Program-made: the position numbers and the translations under genes
Origin: a virus
Direction: 5' to 3' (one strand)
Length of the DNA: 11,661 nt
Virus genome (UHGV): UHGV-0318018
Notes under the pieces: generated by a model
Seen by the model: only the letters and a program-made list of their open reading frames with translations
Told to the model about the DNA's origin: nothing
Databases searched by the model: none
Shown here: positions 5,383 through 11,661 of the stretch, piece after piece
How positions within the stretch are numbered: the stretch's first letter is position 1
Layout: every line of letters starts with the position of its first letter

Positions 5383-8176
5383 TATCCGGGTCGCTTTCAG
5401 CGCCGTTGACAGGCTGACCCGGCCTGCCGAAAACGCCCGCCGCCTGATGGGGCAGTTTGGTGACTCCATCCAGCGAACGCAGGGGGCGATCAAAAATCTC
5501 GAGCGTCAGGCGCGATCATTTGAGCGCGCCCGCGACGCTGTCAGTAAAGCGGATGCGGGTATCGTGAAAGCACGACGCCAGCTTAACGCCCTTAATCAGT
5601 TACAACGCACGGGTACAGTGCTCAGCGAAAAACAACAAAAGCTGATGCAGCAGTTAAGCACCCGGCTTGAACGCCTGAATGAATCGCGCACACGGGAAAT
5701 TCAAAAAATGCGGGAGCTTGGCGGAGAGCTGAAACGCCACGGCATTTCCCTGACAGGCAGCGATAACACCATCCAGCAGGCCATCAGACGCACCGAACAG
5801 TACAACAACCAGCTTGAACGCGAACGGCAGGCGCTTGCACGTGTAACGCGGGCGCGTGAGCGGTATTCGCGCGCGCAGGAAACAGCGGGAAAACTGAAAA
5901 CAGGTGGTGCGCTGGCAACTGGTGCGGCAGCGGCGGGCGGCTATGCTGCCGGGCGTTTTTTGCAGCCTGCGATCGGGTTCGGCAAAGAGATGTCCCGCGT
6001 TCAGGCACTGACGCGAATCGACAAAAACAGCCCGCAGTTTAAGGCGCTGCGTGAGCAGGCGTTAAAACTTGGCTCTGAAACACAGTTTACTGCGAGTGAT
6101 GCCGCCAGTGGACAGAGCTTTCTGGCAATGGCTGGTTTTACTCCGCAGGCCATTCAGGCTGCACTTCCCGGCGTGCTGAGCATGGCAACGGCTGGCGGTA
6201 TGGATCTCGGCGAGACGGCGGATATTGGCTCAAATATCCTGACGCAGTTCGGCCTTTCTGCTGACCAGATGGACCGGGTCGGTGACACGCTCACCGCAGC
6301 GTTTACCCGTACCAACACTGACCTTCGCGCACTTGGCGAAACCATGAAATATGCAGGTCCGGTGGCGGGCAAGCTGGGAATATCGCTGGAGCAGGCCGCA
6401 GCGATGGCGGGCGTACTGGCGAATATGGGTATCAGGGGAAGTGATGCCGGGACGGCAATGCGTGCCAGCCTGGCTCGTCTGGCATCACCGCCAAAGGCGG
6501 CGGCAGAAGCTCTGAAAGAGCTGGGCGTGTCCGTCTCTGATGCGAATGGCAAAATGCGCCCGATGGAAGATCTGCTGGCTGACCTTTATAAAGCCACCCG
6601 CAAATACGGGGAAGTTGACCGGGTATCGTTCTTTAAGGACATTGCCGGGGGAGAGGCTTTCACATCGTTTATGGCACTCGTTGATGCGGCGGGTGACGGT
6701 TCCTTACCCAAACTGAGAAAAGAACTTGAGGGCGCACGCGGTGAGGCTGAACGCACGGCAAAGGTGATGGCCGACAACCTTGATGGCGACCTGAAAAATC
6801 TGGACAGCGCATGGGAAGGTCTGCGTATTCGCATTGCAGATCTGATTGACGGTCCGCTGCGTTCTGTCACGCAGTGGCTCACGCGGGTGGTCTCAAAGGT
6901 GACGGCGCTGGCGCAGGCCCATCCGGCACTGACGCGCCAGCTACTGATAGCAGGCGGTGCGCTGCTGGCAATGACTGCAACGGTCGGCTCGTTGTCGCTG
7001 GTTATTGGGGTGCTTTACGGGAAGCTGGCCACCCTGCGTCTTGGTTTCGACATTCTTACCCGGTCAATGAATGTCGTCAGGGTGTTGCCTGCGCTGTGGG
7101 GAATGGTGACGGGTTCCGTTTCTTTACTGGGAGGCGCCATCGGGGCGTTGTTCAGTCCGGTTGGTCTTATCGTGGCTGCGCTTGCCGGAGCTGCCGTTCT
7201 TATCTGGAAATACTGGGATCCCATCAGGGCATTTTTTGCCGGGGTGTTCAGCGGGATTATGGAAAGGCTGACCCCGTTGCGCGAAACCTTTGAACGGTTT
7301 GGTCCTGTTTTTGACGCAATCGGAAGCGGGATCAGCCAGGTGTTTAACTGGTTTAAATCGCTGCTGTCACCGATGGAATCCAGCAAGGAAACGCTGGATA
7401 AATGTACCAGTGCTGGCGAGATATTCGGTAACGTTCTTGGTGGCGCGTTACAACTTGTTCTGACGCCTGCAAAAATGCTGCTGGATACGCTGGCGTGGAT
7501 ACTTGAAAAACTTGGCGTCCTTCCGGATGAAGCGGAAAGGGCGCGCAAGAAAATCGAAGACGCACAGCGTGCGGCCATTCTTCAGGACAAGGTTGCCTTG
7601 CTTCAGGGGGACCTGGCGAAAATCAATCCGCCGAAGCCTGTGGAAAATGGCAATGGCACCGGAGGTGATAAACCCAAAGACAACAAACCGCTCACAGACA
7701 GCAATACCGGGACGCTACGCAGACTCAGCAAAATTGCTGATAACACAGGTAAGCTGGTTGATGAGACGAAAAAACGCATTGGCCCCGGCGATATTGTCTT
7801 TAAGAACCTGCCCCGCGCACTTGCTGTTCGTGGGGAGTGGCAGGAGCGGAAGATTGCGCAGGTCAGTAAGTCTGCCCCCGCAATGAATATCACACCCGTG
7901 GTTCCGGCTCCGCTGCCTCCGGCGCTGGTCCCTGTTGTTGCGACCAGCTCCCGCCCGGTGGCAGAGGCCATACGATCGCCAGTGGCATCAGTTCCTGCAA
8001 CTTCCCGTAACCGGGAACCTGTTGCCTCCGGATTTGGCGGTGAAATTCATGTTCATCTGCATAACGTTGTTACGCAGAATCCCCGCGAACTGGCGAAACT
8101 GGTCGGTGAAATGGTCAGGGCAGAAATGGAACGGCGCGCCCGTGCCGGGCGTGGCAGTTTTTACGATAAAGATTGA
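5369..8176 (+). CDS. Tail tape measure protein (P2 gpT family)
   Basis: Long ORF open from the GTG at 5333; in-frame ATGs at 5360 and 5369. 5369 is preferred because GGGAA lies 8 nt upstream. Shows a coiled-coil-rich N-terminus, a TMP core (DLRALGETMKYAGPVAGKLGISLEQAAAMAGVLANMGIRGSDAGTAMRASLARL) and Gly/Ala-rich hydrophobic segments. Confidence 0.85.
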   Translation: MKTLDIRVAFSAVDRLTRPAENARRLMGQFGDSIQRTQGAIKNLERQARSFERARDAVSKADAGIVKARRQLNALNQLQRTGTVLSEKQQKLMQQLSTRLERLNESRTREIQKMRELGGELKRHGISLTGSDNTIQQAIRRTEQYNNQLERERQALARVTRARERYSRAQETAGKLKTGGALATGAAAAGGYAAGRFLQPAIGFGKEMSRVQALTRIDKNSPQFKALREQALKLGSETQFTASDAASGQSFLAMAGFTPQAIQAALPGVLSMATAGGMDLGETADIGSNILTQFGLSADQMDRVGDTLTAAFTRTNTDLRALGETMKYAGPVAGKLGISLEQAAAMAGVLANMGIRGSDAGTAMRASLARLASPPKAAAEALKELGVSVSDANGKMRPMEDLLADLYKATRKYGEVDRVSFFKDIAGGEAFTSFMALVDAAGDGSLPKLRKELEGARGEAERTAKVMADNLDGDLKNLDSAWEGLRIRIADLIDGPLRSVTQWLTRVVSKVTALAQAHPALTRQLLIAGGALLAMTATVGSLSLVIGVLYGKLATLRLGFDILTRSMNVVRVLPALWGMVTGSVSLLGGAIGALFSPVGLIVAALAGAAVLIWKYWDPIRAFFAGVFSGIMERLTPLRETFERFGPVFDAIGSGISQVFNWFKSLLSPMESSKETLDKCTSAGEIFGNVLGGALQLVLTPAKMLLDTLAWILEKLGVLPDEAERARKKIEDAQRAAILQDKVALLQGDLAKINPPKPVENGNGTGGDKPKDNKPLTDSNTGTLRRLSKIADNTGKLVDETKKRIGPGDIVFKNLPRALAVRGEWQERKIAQVSKSAPAMNITPVVPAPLPPALVPVVATSSRPVAEAIRSPVASVPATSRNREPVASGFGGEIHVHLHNVVTQNPRELAKLVGEMVRAEMERRARAGRGSFYDKD

Positions 8177-8188
8177 GGAGTCATGGCC

Positions 8189-8677
8189 ATGATGATGATC
8201 TACGGCATGTTTGTTTTTGAGCTGCGCACGCTGCCGCATCAGCAGTTACAGCAAAACAAAAGCTGGCGGCATGTGAAAAATGAACGCGTTAACCGTTCAG
8301 CAAGCTGGCAGTATATCGGTGCAGGTGATGATCGCATCGTGCTTTCTGGTGTGCTTTATCCTGAAATTACAGGTGGCGAAGTGTCGCTGTCGCTGCTGAC
8401 CACGCAGGCGTATACAGGACACCCCTGGCCTCTGATTGATGGCGTCGGGCAGATTTACGGCATGTATGTCCTGACCGACACGAATACGACCCGTTCCGAG
8501 TTTGATTGCTACGGCAAGGCGAAAAAGATAGAGTTTTCACTGACACTTGAACGCTGTGATGAAGATTTGCGGGAGCGACTACAATCCTCATCGTTCAGCG
8601 ATATGCTGTCCGGCCTCAAAGATAAGGTGACGTCATCCCTTAACAGCGCGGCCAGCTCCGTTAAAGGGCTGTTTTGA
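8189..8677 (+). CDS. Tail protein gpU (P2 U family)
   Basis: ORF from 8183 (MAMMMIYGMFVFELRTLPHQQLQQNKSWRH...). The ATG at 8189 is favoured because GAGGAG at 8175-8180 then has 8-nt spacing. Motifs LQQ..SWRH and LSG.LYPE.TGG are shared with P2 gpU. Confidence 0.85.
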   Translation: MMMIYGMFVFELRTLPHQQLQQNKSWRHVKNERVNRSASWQYIGAGDDRIVLSGVLYPEITGGEVSLSLLTTQAYTGHPWPLIDGVGQIYGMYVLTDTNTTRSEFDCYGKAKKIEFSLTLERCDEDLRERLQSSSFSDMLSGLKDKVTSSLNSAASSVKGLF

Positions 8678-8684
8678 TTAACGC

Positions 8685-8714
8685 AAAACCGCTAATGGTC
8701 AGATTAGCGGTTTT
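8685..8714. terminator. Bidirectional terminator hairpin between U and the invertase gene
   Basis: AAAACCGCTAAT (8685-8696) pairs with ATTAGCGGTTTT (8703-8714) around a 6-nt loop, with T-runs on both strands. The invertase stop codon lies within the right arm. Confidence 0.5.
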
Positions 8715-9303
8715 CATTTTCCTGAGTCTGCCTGGTTGTTTCTTCAGCCTGTATATCGCCTACAGGGTGATAACGATAAATCGTCGATATGCCGATGTCG
8801 TAAATGATCGCCAGTTGTTTCCTGTCATGACCGTTTTTAATCAGCCTCGCTATTTGCTCGTGTTGTTCTTTTGTCAACTTCGGGCGACGTCCGCCAATGC
8901 GTCCTTGTGCGCGTGCTGCTGCCAGCCCGGCCAGTGTACGCTCTACAATTAATTCACGTTCCATTTCGGCTAAAGCCCCCATGACGTGAAAAAAGAAACG
9001 CCCCATGGGTGTTGATGTGTCAATGCTGTCCGTCAGACTACGGAAATTAACACCTTTTTCCCGCAATTCCTCAATAAGCGTGATCAGGTGTTTCATACTT
9101 CTGCCCAGTCTGTCCAGCTTCCAGACAACCAGCGTATCTCCTTCTGATAGCGTTCTGAGCAGTTTTTTCAATCCCGGTCTGGCTGATTTCGTTCCGCTGA
9201 TTTTATCTTCAAAAATCAGTTCACATCCTGCGCAGTTCAGTGCATTGCGTTGTAAATCCGTGTTTTGGTCATTTGTTGACACACGAATATAGCCAATTTG
9301 CAT
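8704..9303 (-). CDS. Serine DNA invertase, Pin/Gin/Cin/Hin family
   Basis: The true start is the ATG at 9303 (MQIGYIRVSTNDQNTDLQRNAL...), with AAAGAGGA SD. Resolvase catalytic N-terminus with active-site Ser in GYIRVSTNDQ, plus the motifs LVVWKLDRLGRS, GRFFFHVMGALAEMERELIVERTLAGLAAARAQGRIGGRRP and a C-terminal HTH. The longer ORF-track start at 9432 is an upstream artefact. Confidence 0.9.
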   Translation of the reverse strand: MQIGYIRVSTNDQNTDLQRNALNCAGCELIFEDKISGTKSARPGLKKLLRTLSEGDTLVVWKLDRLGRSMKHLITLIEELREKGVNFRSLTDSIDTSTPMGRFFFHVMGALAEMERELIVERTLAGLAAARAQGRIGGRRPKLTKEQHEQIARLIKNGHDRKQLAIIYDIGISTIYRYHPVGDIQAEETTRQTQENENR

Positions 9304-9357
9304 AAAAAACATCCTCTTTGTTTCGTGAAAAATACATAGTTGGTATAGGTAGGGATA

Positions 9358-9383
9358 AAGACGAAAACGTTGGTTTAGGAGAA
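9358..9383. promoter_or_regulatory. Candidate 26-bp invertase crossover site (cix/gix-like), overlapping the invertase promoter region
   Basis: AAGACGAAAACG-TT-GGTTTAGGAGAA. The right half, read on the other strand, is TTCTCCTAAACC, resembling Hin-family half-sites (TT.TC..AAACC). The left half is degenerate. It lies 55-80 bp upstream of the invertase ATG, where gixR/cixL-type sites sit. Not verified. Confidence 0.25.
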
Positions 9384-9521
9384 GGCTCGGCGCTACCCGT
9401 TGGTGTGCCTGTTCCGTGGCCCACCGCCACACCGCCAGCAGGCTGGTTAAAGTGCGACGGGCGCGCCTTTACAAAAGAACAATATCCTGTTCTGGCCAGA
9501 GTCTACCCGACCCTCCGTCTT
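9366..9521 (+). pseudogene. Tail-fibre collar fragment (NVGLGEGSALPVGVPVPWPTATPPAGWLKCDGRAFTKEQYPVLARVYPTLRL), truncated at a recombination junction
   Basis: Conserved tail-fibre collar motif G.P.PWP..PAGWL.C.G..F....YP.LA..YP. Homology ends abruptly at 9521/9522, where inverted repeat IR-A begins. There is no start codon and no N-terminal shaft. Confidence 0.45.
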
Positions 9522-9631
9522 ATATCAGCACGGCACCTGAAATCAGCTGGCCGGAAGCGCCACTGGCACTTGCCAGCTGAACGGTATCACGCCGCCCTCA
9601 CGATATAGTTAAACGCGATATTGCGGGGGCG
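9522..9631. repeat. IR-A left arm (110 bp), inverted copy of 10103-10212
   Basis: Reverse complement of 10103-10212 with 4 mismatches by hand alignment. Contains the fibre 3' end (RPRNIAFNYIVRAA stop) on the - strand and a Tfa 3' end on the + strand. Confidence 0.85.
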
Positions 9632-10148
9632 GGTTATGTTAAAGAATGCTCCGTTTAATTCGGCTTTTGCGCGACTGTTTGTTCCACCCAGAATTGCGTA
9701 CCACTTGCCTGTTGGTGTGCCTGTTCCGTGGCCCACCGCCACACCGCCAGCAGGCTGGTTACAGTGCAACGGAGCTACGTTCACCAAAGGACAATATCCT
9801 GTTCTGGCCAGAGTCTACCCGACCCTCCGTCTTCCCGATTTGCGCGGTGAGTTTATCCGTGGATGGGACGGTGGTCGCAAGGTTGATACCGGGCGTGCGC
9901 TACTTTCATTTCAGGAAGGGACTATCGTATCCGGTTTTGATGATAATGATACCGGAGATATCAGTTCGCTCGGCTCTACACAATATGGATTTGGTGACGC
10001 TTTAACCTCTAATCAACTGGGGGTCATAAATGACAAAAAGTGGATATTTGATGCATCCTCTAAAGGTGCACAAAGATATGACTGGTGGGCTTATGTATCA
10101 GCTCGCCCCCGCAATATCGCATTTAACTATATCGTGAGGGCGGCGTGA
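9621..10148 (+). CDS. Tail-fibre C-terminal cassette 1 (collar plus receptor-binding tip), lacking the N-terminal shaft
   Basis: Open frame containing LPVGVPVPWPTATPPAGWLQCNGATFTKGQYPVLARVYPTLRLPDLRGEFIRGWDGGRKVDTGRA..., ending RPRNIAFNYIVRAA. Collar motifs match Mu S / P1 S / P2 H-type fibres. Only a TTG or an internal ATG (9636) is available as a start, so it is probably silent unless fused to a constant region. Confidence 0.55.
   Translation: MRGRVMLKNAPFNSAFARLFVPPRIAYHLPVGVPVPWPTATPPAGWLQCNGATFTKGQYPVLARVYPTLRLPDLRGEFIRGWDGGRKVDTGRALLSFQEGTIVSGFDDNDTGDISSLGSTQYGFGDALTSNQLGVINDKKWIFDASSKGAQRYDWWAYVSARPRNIAFNYIVRAA
9756..9870. repeat. IR-B left arm (115 bp, collar-coding), inverted copy of 11098-11212
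   Basis: Reverse complement of 11098-11212 with 2 mismatches. Encodes WLQCNGATFTK.QYPVLARVYPTLRLPDLRGEFIRGWD in both cassettes. Confidence 0.85.
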
Positions 10149-10212
10149 TACCGTTCAGCCGGCAAGCGCCAGTGGCGCTTCCGGCCAGCTGATTTCAGGT
10201 GCCTTGCTGATA
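10103..10212. repeat. IR-A right arm (110 bp)
   Basis: See IR-A left arm. Spans the convergent 3' ends of cassette 1 (+) and the tail-fibre assembly gene (-). Confidence 0.85.
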
Positions 10213-10769
10213 TTCAGTGCGTTCAGCTCGTCGATATAATCCAGCACGGCGTTCAGTTTTGCCGTTTCTTCTGGTGTCAGACTGCGACCAGCACGCAGTT
10301 TGAGGTTGATAAGATCGACGGACGCCATCGCCTGTTTCACCCGTTGCTGGCGTTGCTGTCTGGCAACCTCCAGTTCTGCGGCTCGCTGCCGTTCAGTATC
10401 GGTTACCCACGCCTCACCGTTCCAGGTATCCCATGGCGTGGCTGGCTGTTTTGTGGTGGTGTCCGCCGGGTAATCACCCGGTTGGGTAATCAGAACGGGG
10501 TTACCGTTCTCCGTGCTGTATACCGTCTCGCCGCGGTGATCAGGCACATGCTCCCACCCGTTCAGCGTGGCAGTCCGGCAAACCACGTAACCCGAAATTG
10601 CCTCCGGCGGTGCATCGGCGCACGAATGTGCCGGAGTACCCACCCCAAGGGCGAGATACTCCACAGAGGATGAGGTGTATTCCCGGGTTTCCTCGTCATA
10701 GTGATATACAGTGATATCGCCCGCTACAGTGGCGATACCGTTTTCATCCAGAACTGCAGTGTTACTCAT
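10155..10769 (-). CDS. Tail fibre assembly protein (Tfa / P2 gpG / Mu U-like chaperone)
   Basis: 204 aa. The ATG at 10769-10767 overlaps the stop of cassette 2 (TAATG), with GAGGG SD. The C-terminal half (TDTERQRAAELEVARQQRQ...PEISWPEAP) has the acidic/coiled-coil and WPE features typical of Tfa chaperones. Confidence 0.8.
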   Translation of the reverse strand: MSNTAVLDENGIATVAGDITVYHYDEETREYTSSSVEYLALGVGTPAHSCADAPPEAISGYVVCRTATLNGWEHVPDHRGETVYSTENGNPVLITQPGDYPADTTTKQPATPWDTWNGEAWVTDTERQRAAELEVARQQRQQRVKQAMASVDLINLKLRAGRSLTPEETAKLNAVLDYIDELNALNISKAPEISWPEAPLALAG

Positions 10770-11220
10770 TAAACTGCCCTCACAATGTAATTAAGTGCAA
10801 TGCTACGGGGTCTGACAGTGATACCCTTCGCATACCCGCTTCTGATAGAGGTCAGAATAGTAGCCTGCATACCATTGTCTGACATTGCCATGACAGGATC
10901 GCTGAATGTTGTCCCGTCCGGCATTTTAAAGCTGCCCTCACGAAGGTCTGTAATGGAATCTTCATTGTTGAATCCCATGCCGACTATCCCCGAGGTTCCC
11001 GTAGTGTCCTGGTTATAATAATCCAGCATTGCTGTTCTTAACAGCGTTGCCCCTTGTGCGGACAGCAACTTACGTCCTGTATCAACTTTGCGCCCGTCGT
11101 CCCATCCACGGATAAACTCACCGCGTAAATCGGGAAGACGGAGGGTCGGGTAGACTCTGGCCAGAACAGGATATTGTTCTTTGGTGAACGTAGCTCCGTT
11201 GCACTGTAACCATGCAACAT
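10769..11220 (-). CDS. Tail-fibre C-terminal cassette 2 (collar plus distinct tip), start-less, translationally coupled to the downstream Tfa
   Basis: Hand translation of the - strand gives one continuous frame: WLQCNGATFTKEQYPVLARVYPTLRLPDLRGEFIRGWDDGRKVDTGRKLLSAQGATLLRTAMLDYYNQD...ITVRPRSIALNYIVRAV stop. It is open back to an in-frame stop at 11245-11243. The ORF-track TTG start at 11068 is internal, and there is no ATG. Confidence 0.55.
11098..11212. repeat. IR-B right arm (115 bp)
   Basis: See IR-B left arm. Confidence 0.85.
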
Positions 11221-11486
11221 TTATTCGTACAGCTTTGCAGGATTATTACGGTTACGATCTGAATACTAATGTCAAAGTAGGTATCGCTTTTGCTACTGCT
11301 GATTCTGTTATAACCGTTGGAAACCCAGCTAATCCTAAAGCAGGAAATAATAGCGATTATGTTCCTGCATCAGCAGATAACTCTATAACGGGTATTCAAA
11401 GGACAGCGGAGGATAATTTTACCGGGGCATGGATATCAATGCGCCCCCGCAATGTTGCGTTTAATTACATCGTAAGGGCCGCATAA
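11211..11486 (+). CDS. Tail-fibre tip cassette 3 (collar-less), start-less
   Basis: Frame reads HATFIRTALQDYYGYDLNTNVKVGIAFATADSVITVGNPANPKAGNNSDYVPASADNSITGIQRTAEDNFTGAWISMRPRNVAFNYIVRAA stop. It aligns with the post-collar part of cassette 2 (ATLLRTAMLDYYNQD...) and shares the C-terminal RPRN.AFNYIVRAA end. There is no in-frame ATG; the ORF-track N-terminus MVNVAPLHCN is the antisense of the collar. Confidence 0.45.
   Translation, partial: HATFIRTALQDYYGYDLNTNVKVGIAFATADSVITVGNPANPKAGNNSDYVPASADNSITGIQRTAEDNFTGAWISMRPRNVAFNYIVRAA
11251..11368. repeat. IR-C left arm (118 bp, perfect), inverted copy of 11544-11661
   Basis: Exact reverse-complement identity over 118 bp, verified base by base. 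The inner end carries a 29-bp near-palindrome GCAGGAAATAATAGCGATTATGTTCCTGC (11340-11368). Confidence 0.9.
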
Positions 11487-11573
11487 AAACGTTGGTTTGG
11501 GGGAAGGCTCTGCATTGCCTGTTGGTGTGCCTGTTCCGTGGCCGCAGGAACATAATCGCTATTATTTCCTGCT
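11476..11573 (+). pseudogene. Truncated collar-start fragment (GPHKNVGLGEGSALPVGVPVPWP) fused at 11543/11544 to inverted cassette sequence
   Basis: Third direct copy of the CTGTTGGTGTGCCTGTTCCGTGGCC collar start. Homology to the other copies ends at 11543, and the frame then runs through the antisense of cassette 3 to a TAG. Confidence 0.4.
11480..11505. promoter_or_regulatory. Second candidate cix/gix-like site, directly after the cassette 3 stop codon
   Basis: CGCATAAAAACG-TT-GGTTTGGGGGAA. The half-site read on the other strand is TTCCCCCAAACC. Same orientation as the 9358-9383 candidate, and followed by the same collar-start sequence. Confidence 0.2.
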
Positions 11574-11661
11574 TTAGGATTAGCTGGGTTTCCAACGGTT
11601 ATAACAGAATCAGCAGTAGCAAAAGCGATACCTACTTTGACATTAGTATTCAGATCGTAAC
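11544..11661. repeat. IR-C right arm (at least 118 bp; truncated by the window end)
   Basis: Exact reverse complement of 11251-11368. On the - strand it encodes the same tip segment (...DLNTNVKVGIAFATADSVITVGNPANPKAGNNSDYVPA), entering from beyond the window. Confidence 0.9.

Noticed and set aside
6154-7971. Antisense and alternative-frame ORFs inside the tape measure gene (6154-6552 -, 6586-6882 -, 6874-7293 +, 7015-7578 -, 7503-7886 +, 7603-7971 -)
   Set aside because: They lie entirely within a well-supported long CDS in GC-rich DNA, where long spurious frames are common. No RBS or recognisable motifs; products are Ala/Arg/Ser-rich low-complexity sequences.
9318-9608. 96-codon ORF 9318-9608 (+) beginning MFREKYIVGIGRDKDEN...
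   Set aside because: It is a chimera: invertase promoter region, then a collar fragment, then an out-of-frame read through the IR-A arm. The translation changes frame-meaning at the 9521/9522 junction, so it is a recombination scar rather than a gene.
9587-9787. 66-codon ORF on the - strand beginning MVNVAPLHCN, and the identical N-terminus of ORF 11181-11486
   Set aside because: MVNVAPLHCN is the antisense reading of the conserved collar DNA (GGTTACAGTGCAACGGAGCTACGTTCACC). Only the C-terminal RPRNIAFNYIVRAA part of 9587-9787 is genuine cassette sequence, as part of the IR-A arm.
1-11661. CRISPR arrays, rRNA or tRNA genes, insertion sequences with terminal inverted repeats and transposase
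   Set aside because: No short, regularly spaced direct repeats and no transposase-like ORFs. The long repeats present are all explained by the tail-fibre cassette system.

Overview
The window is mostly the tail-morphogenesis module of a P2-like (Peduovirus-type) prophage in an enterobacterial-looking, GC-rich background. All family calls are from motif recognition by eye; no database search was run.

On the + strand (3102-8677) lie tail sheath FI, tail tube FII, chaperone E with its -1 frameshift extension E' (TTTTTTG slippery site), tape measure T and gpU. On the - strand immediately to the left (1533-2945) lie gpD and the Ogr zinc-finger late activator, divergent from FI. This differs from the canonical P2 order FI-FII-E-T-U-D-ogr, which has all genes co-directional.

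Right of U is a Pin/Gin/Hin-family serine DNA invertase (8704-9303, -) followed by a mosaic array of start-less tail-fibre C-terminal cassettes, one intact tail-fibre assembly chaperone, and three sets of long inverted repeats (9522-9631/10103-10212; 9756-9870/11098-11212; 11251-11368/11544-11661). This is the signature of a multiple-inversion host-range switch. The constant N-terminal part of the fibre gene is not in the window and the array runs off the right edge.

Left of ogr is accessory cargo: a 46-codon Hok/Gef-family type I toxin gene that the ORF track misses (1202-1342, -) with an overlapping mok-like frame, a zinc-ribbon/TM2-like membrane protein (770-1066, -), and a visibly AT-rich gene of unknown function (24-692, +) whose frame is open to the window start. 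The most interesting candidates are the inversion switch, the hok module and the AT-rich cargo.
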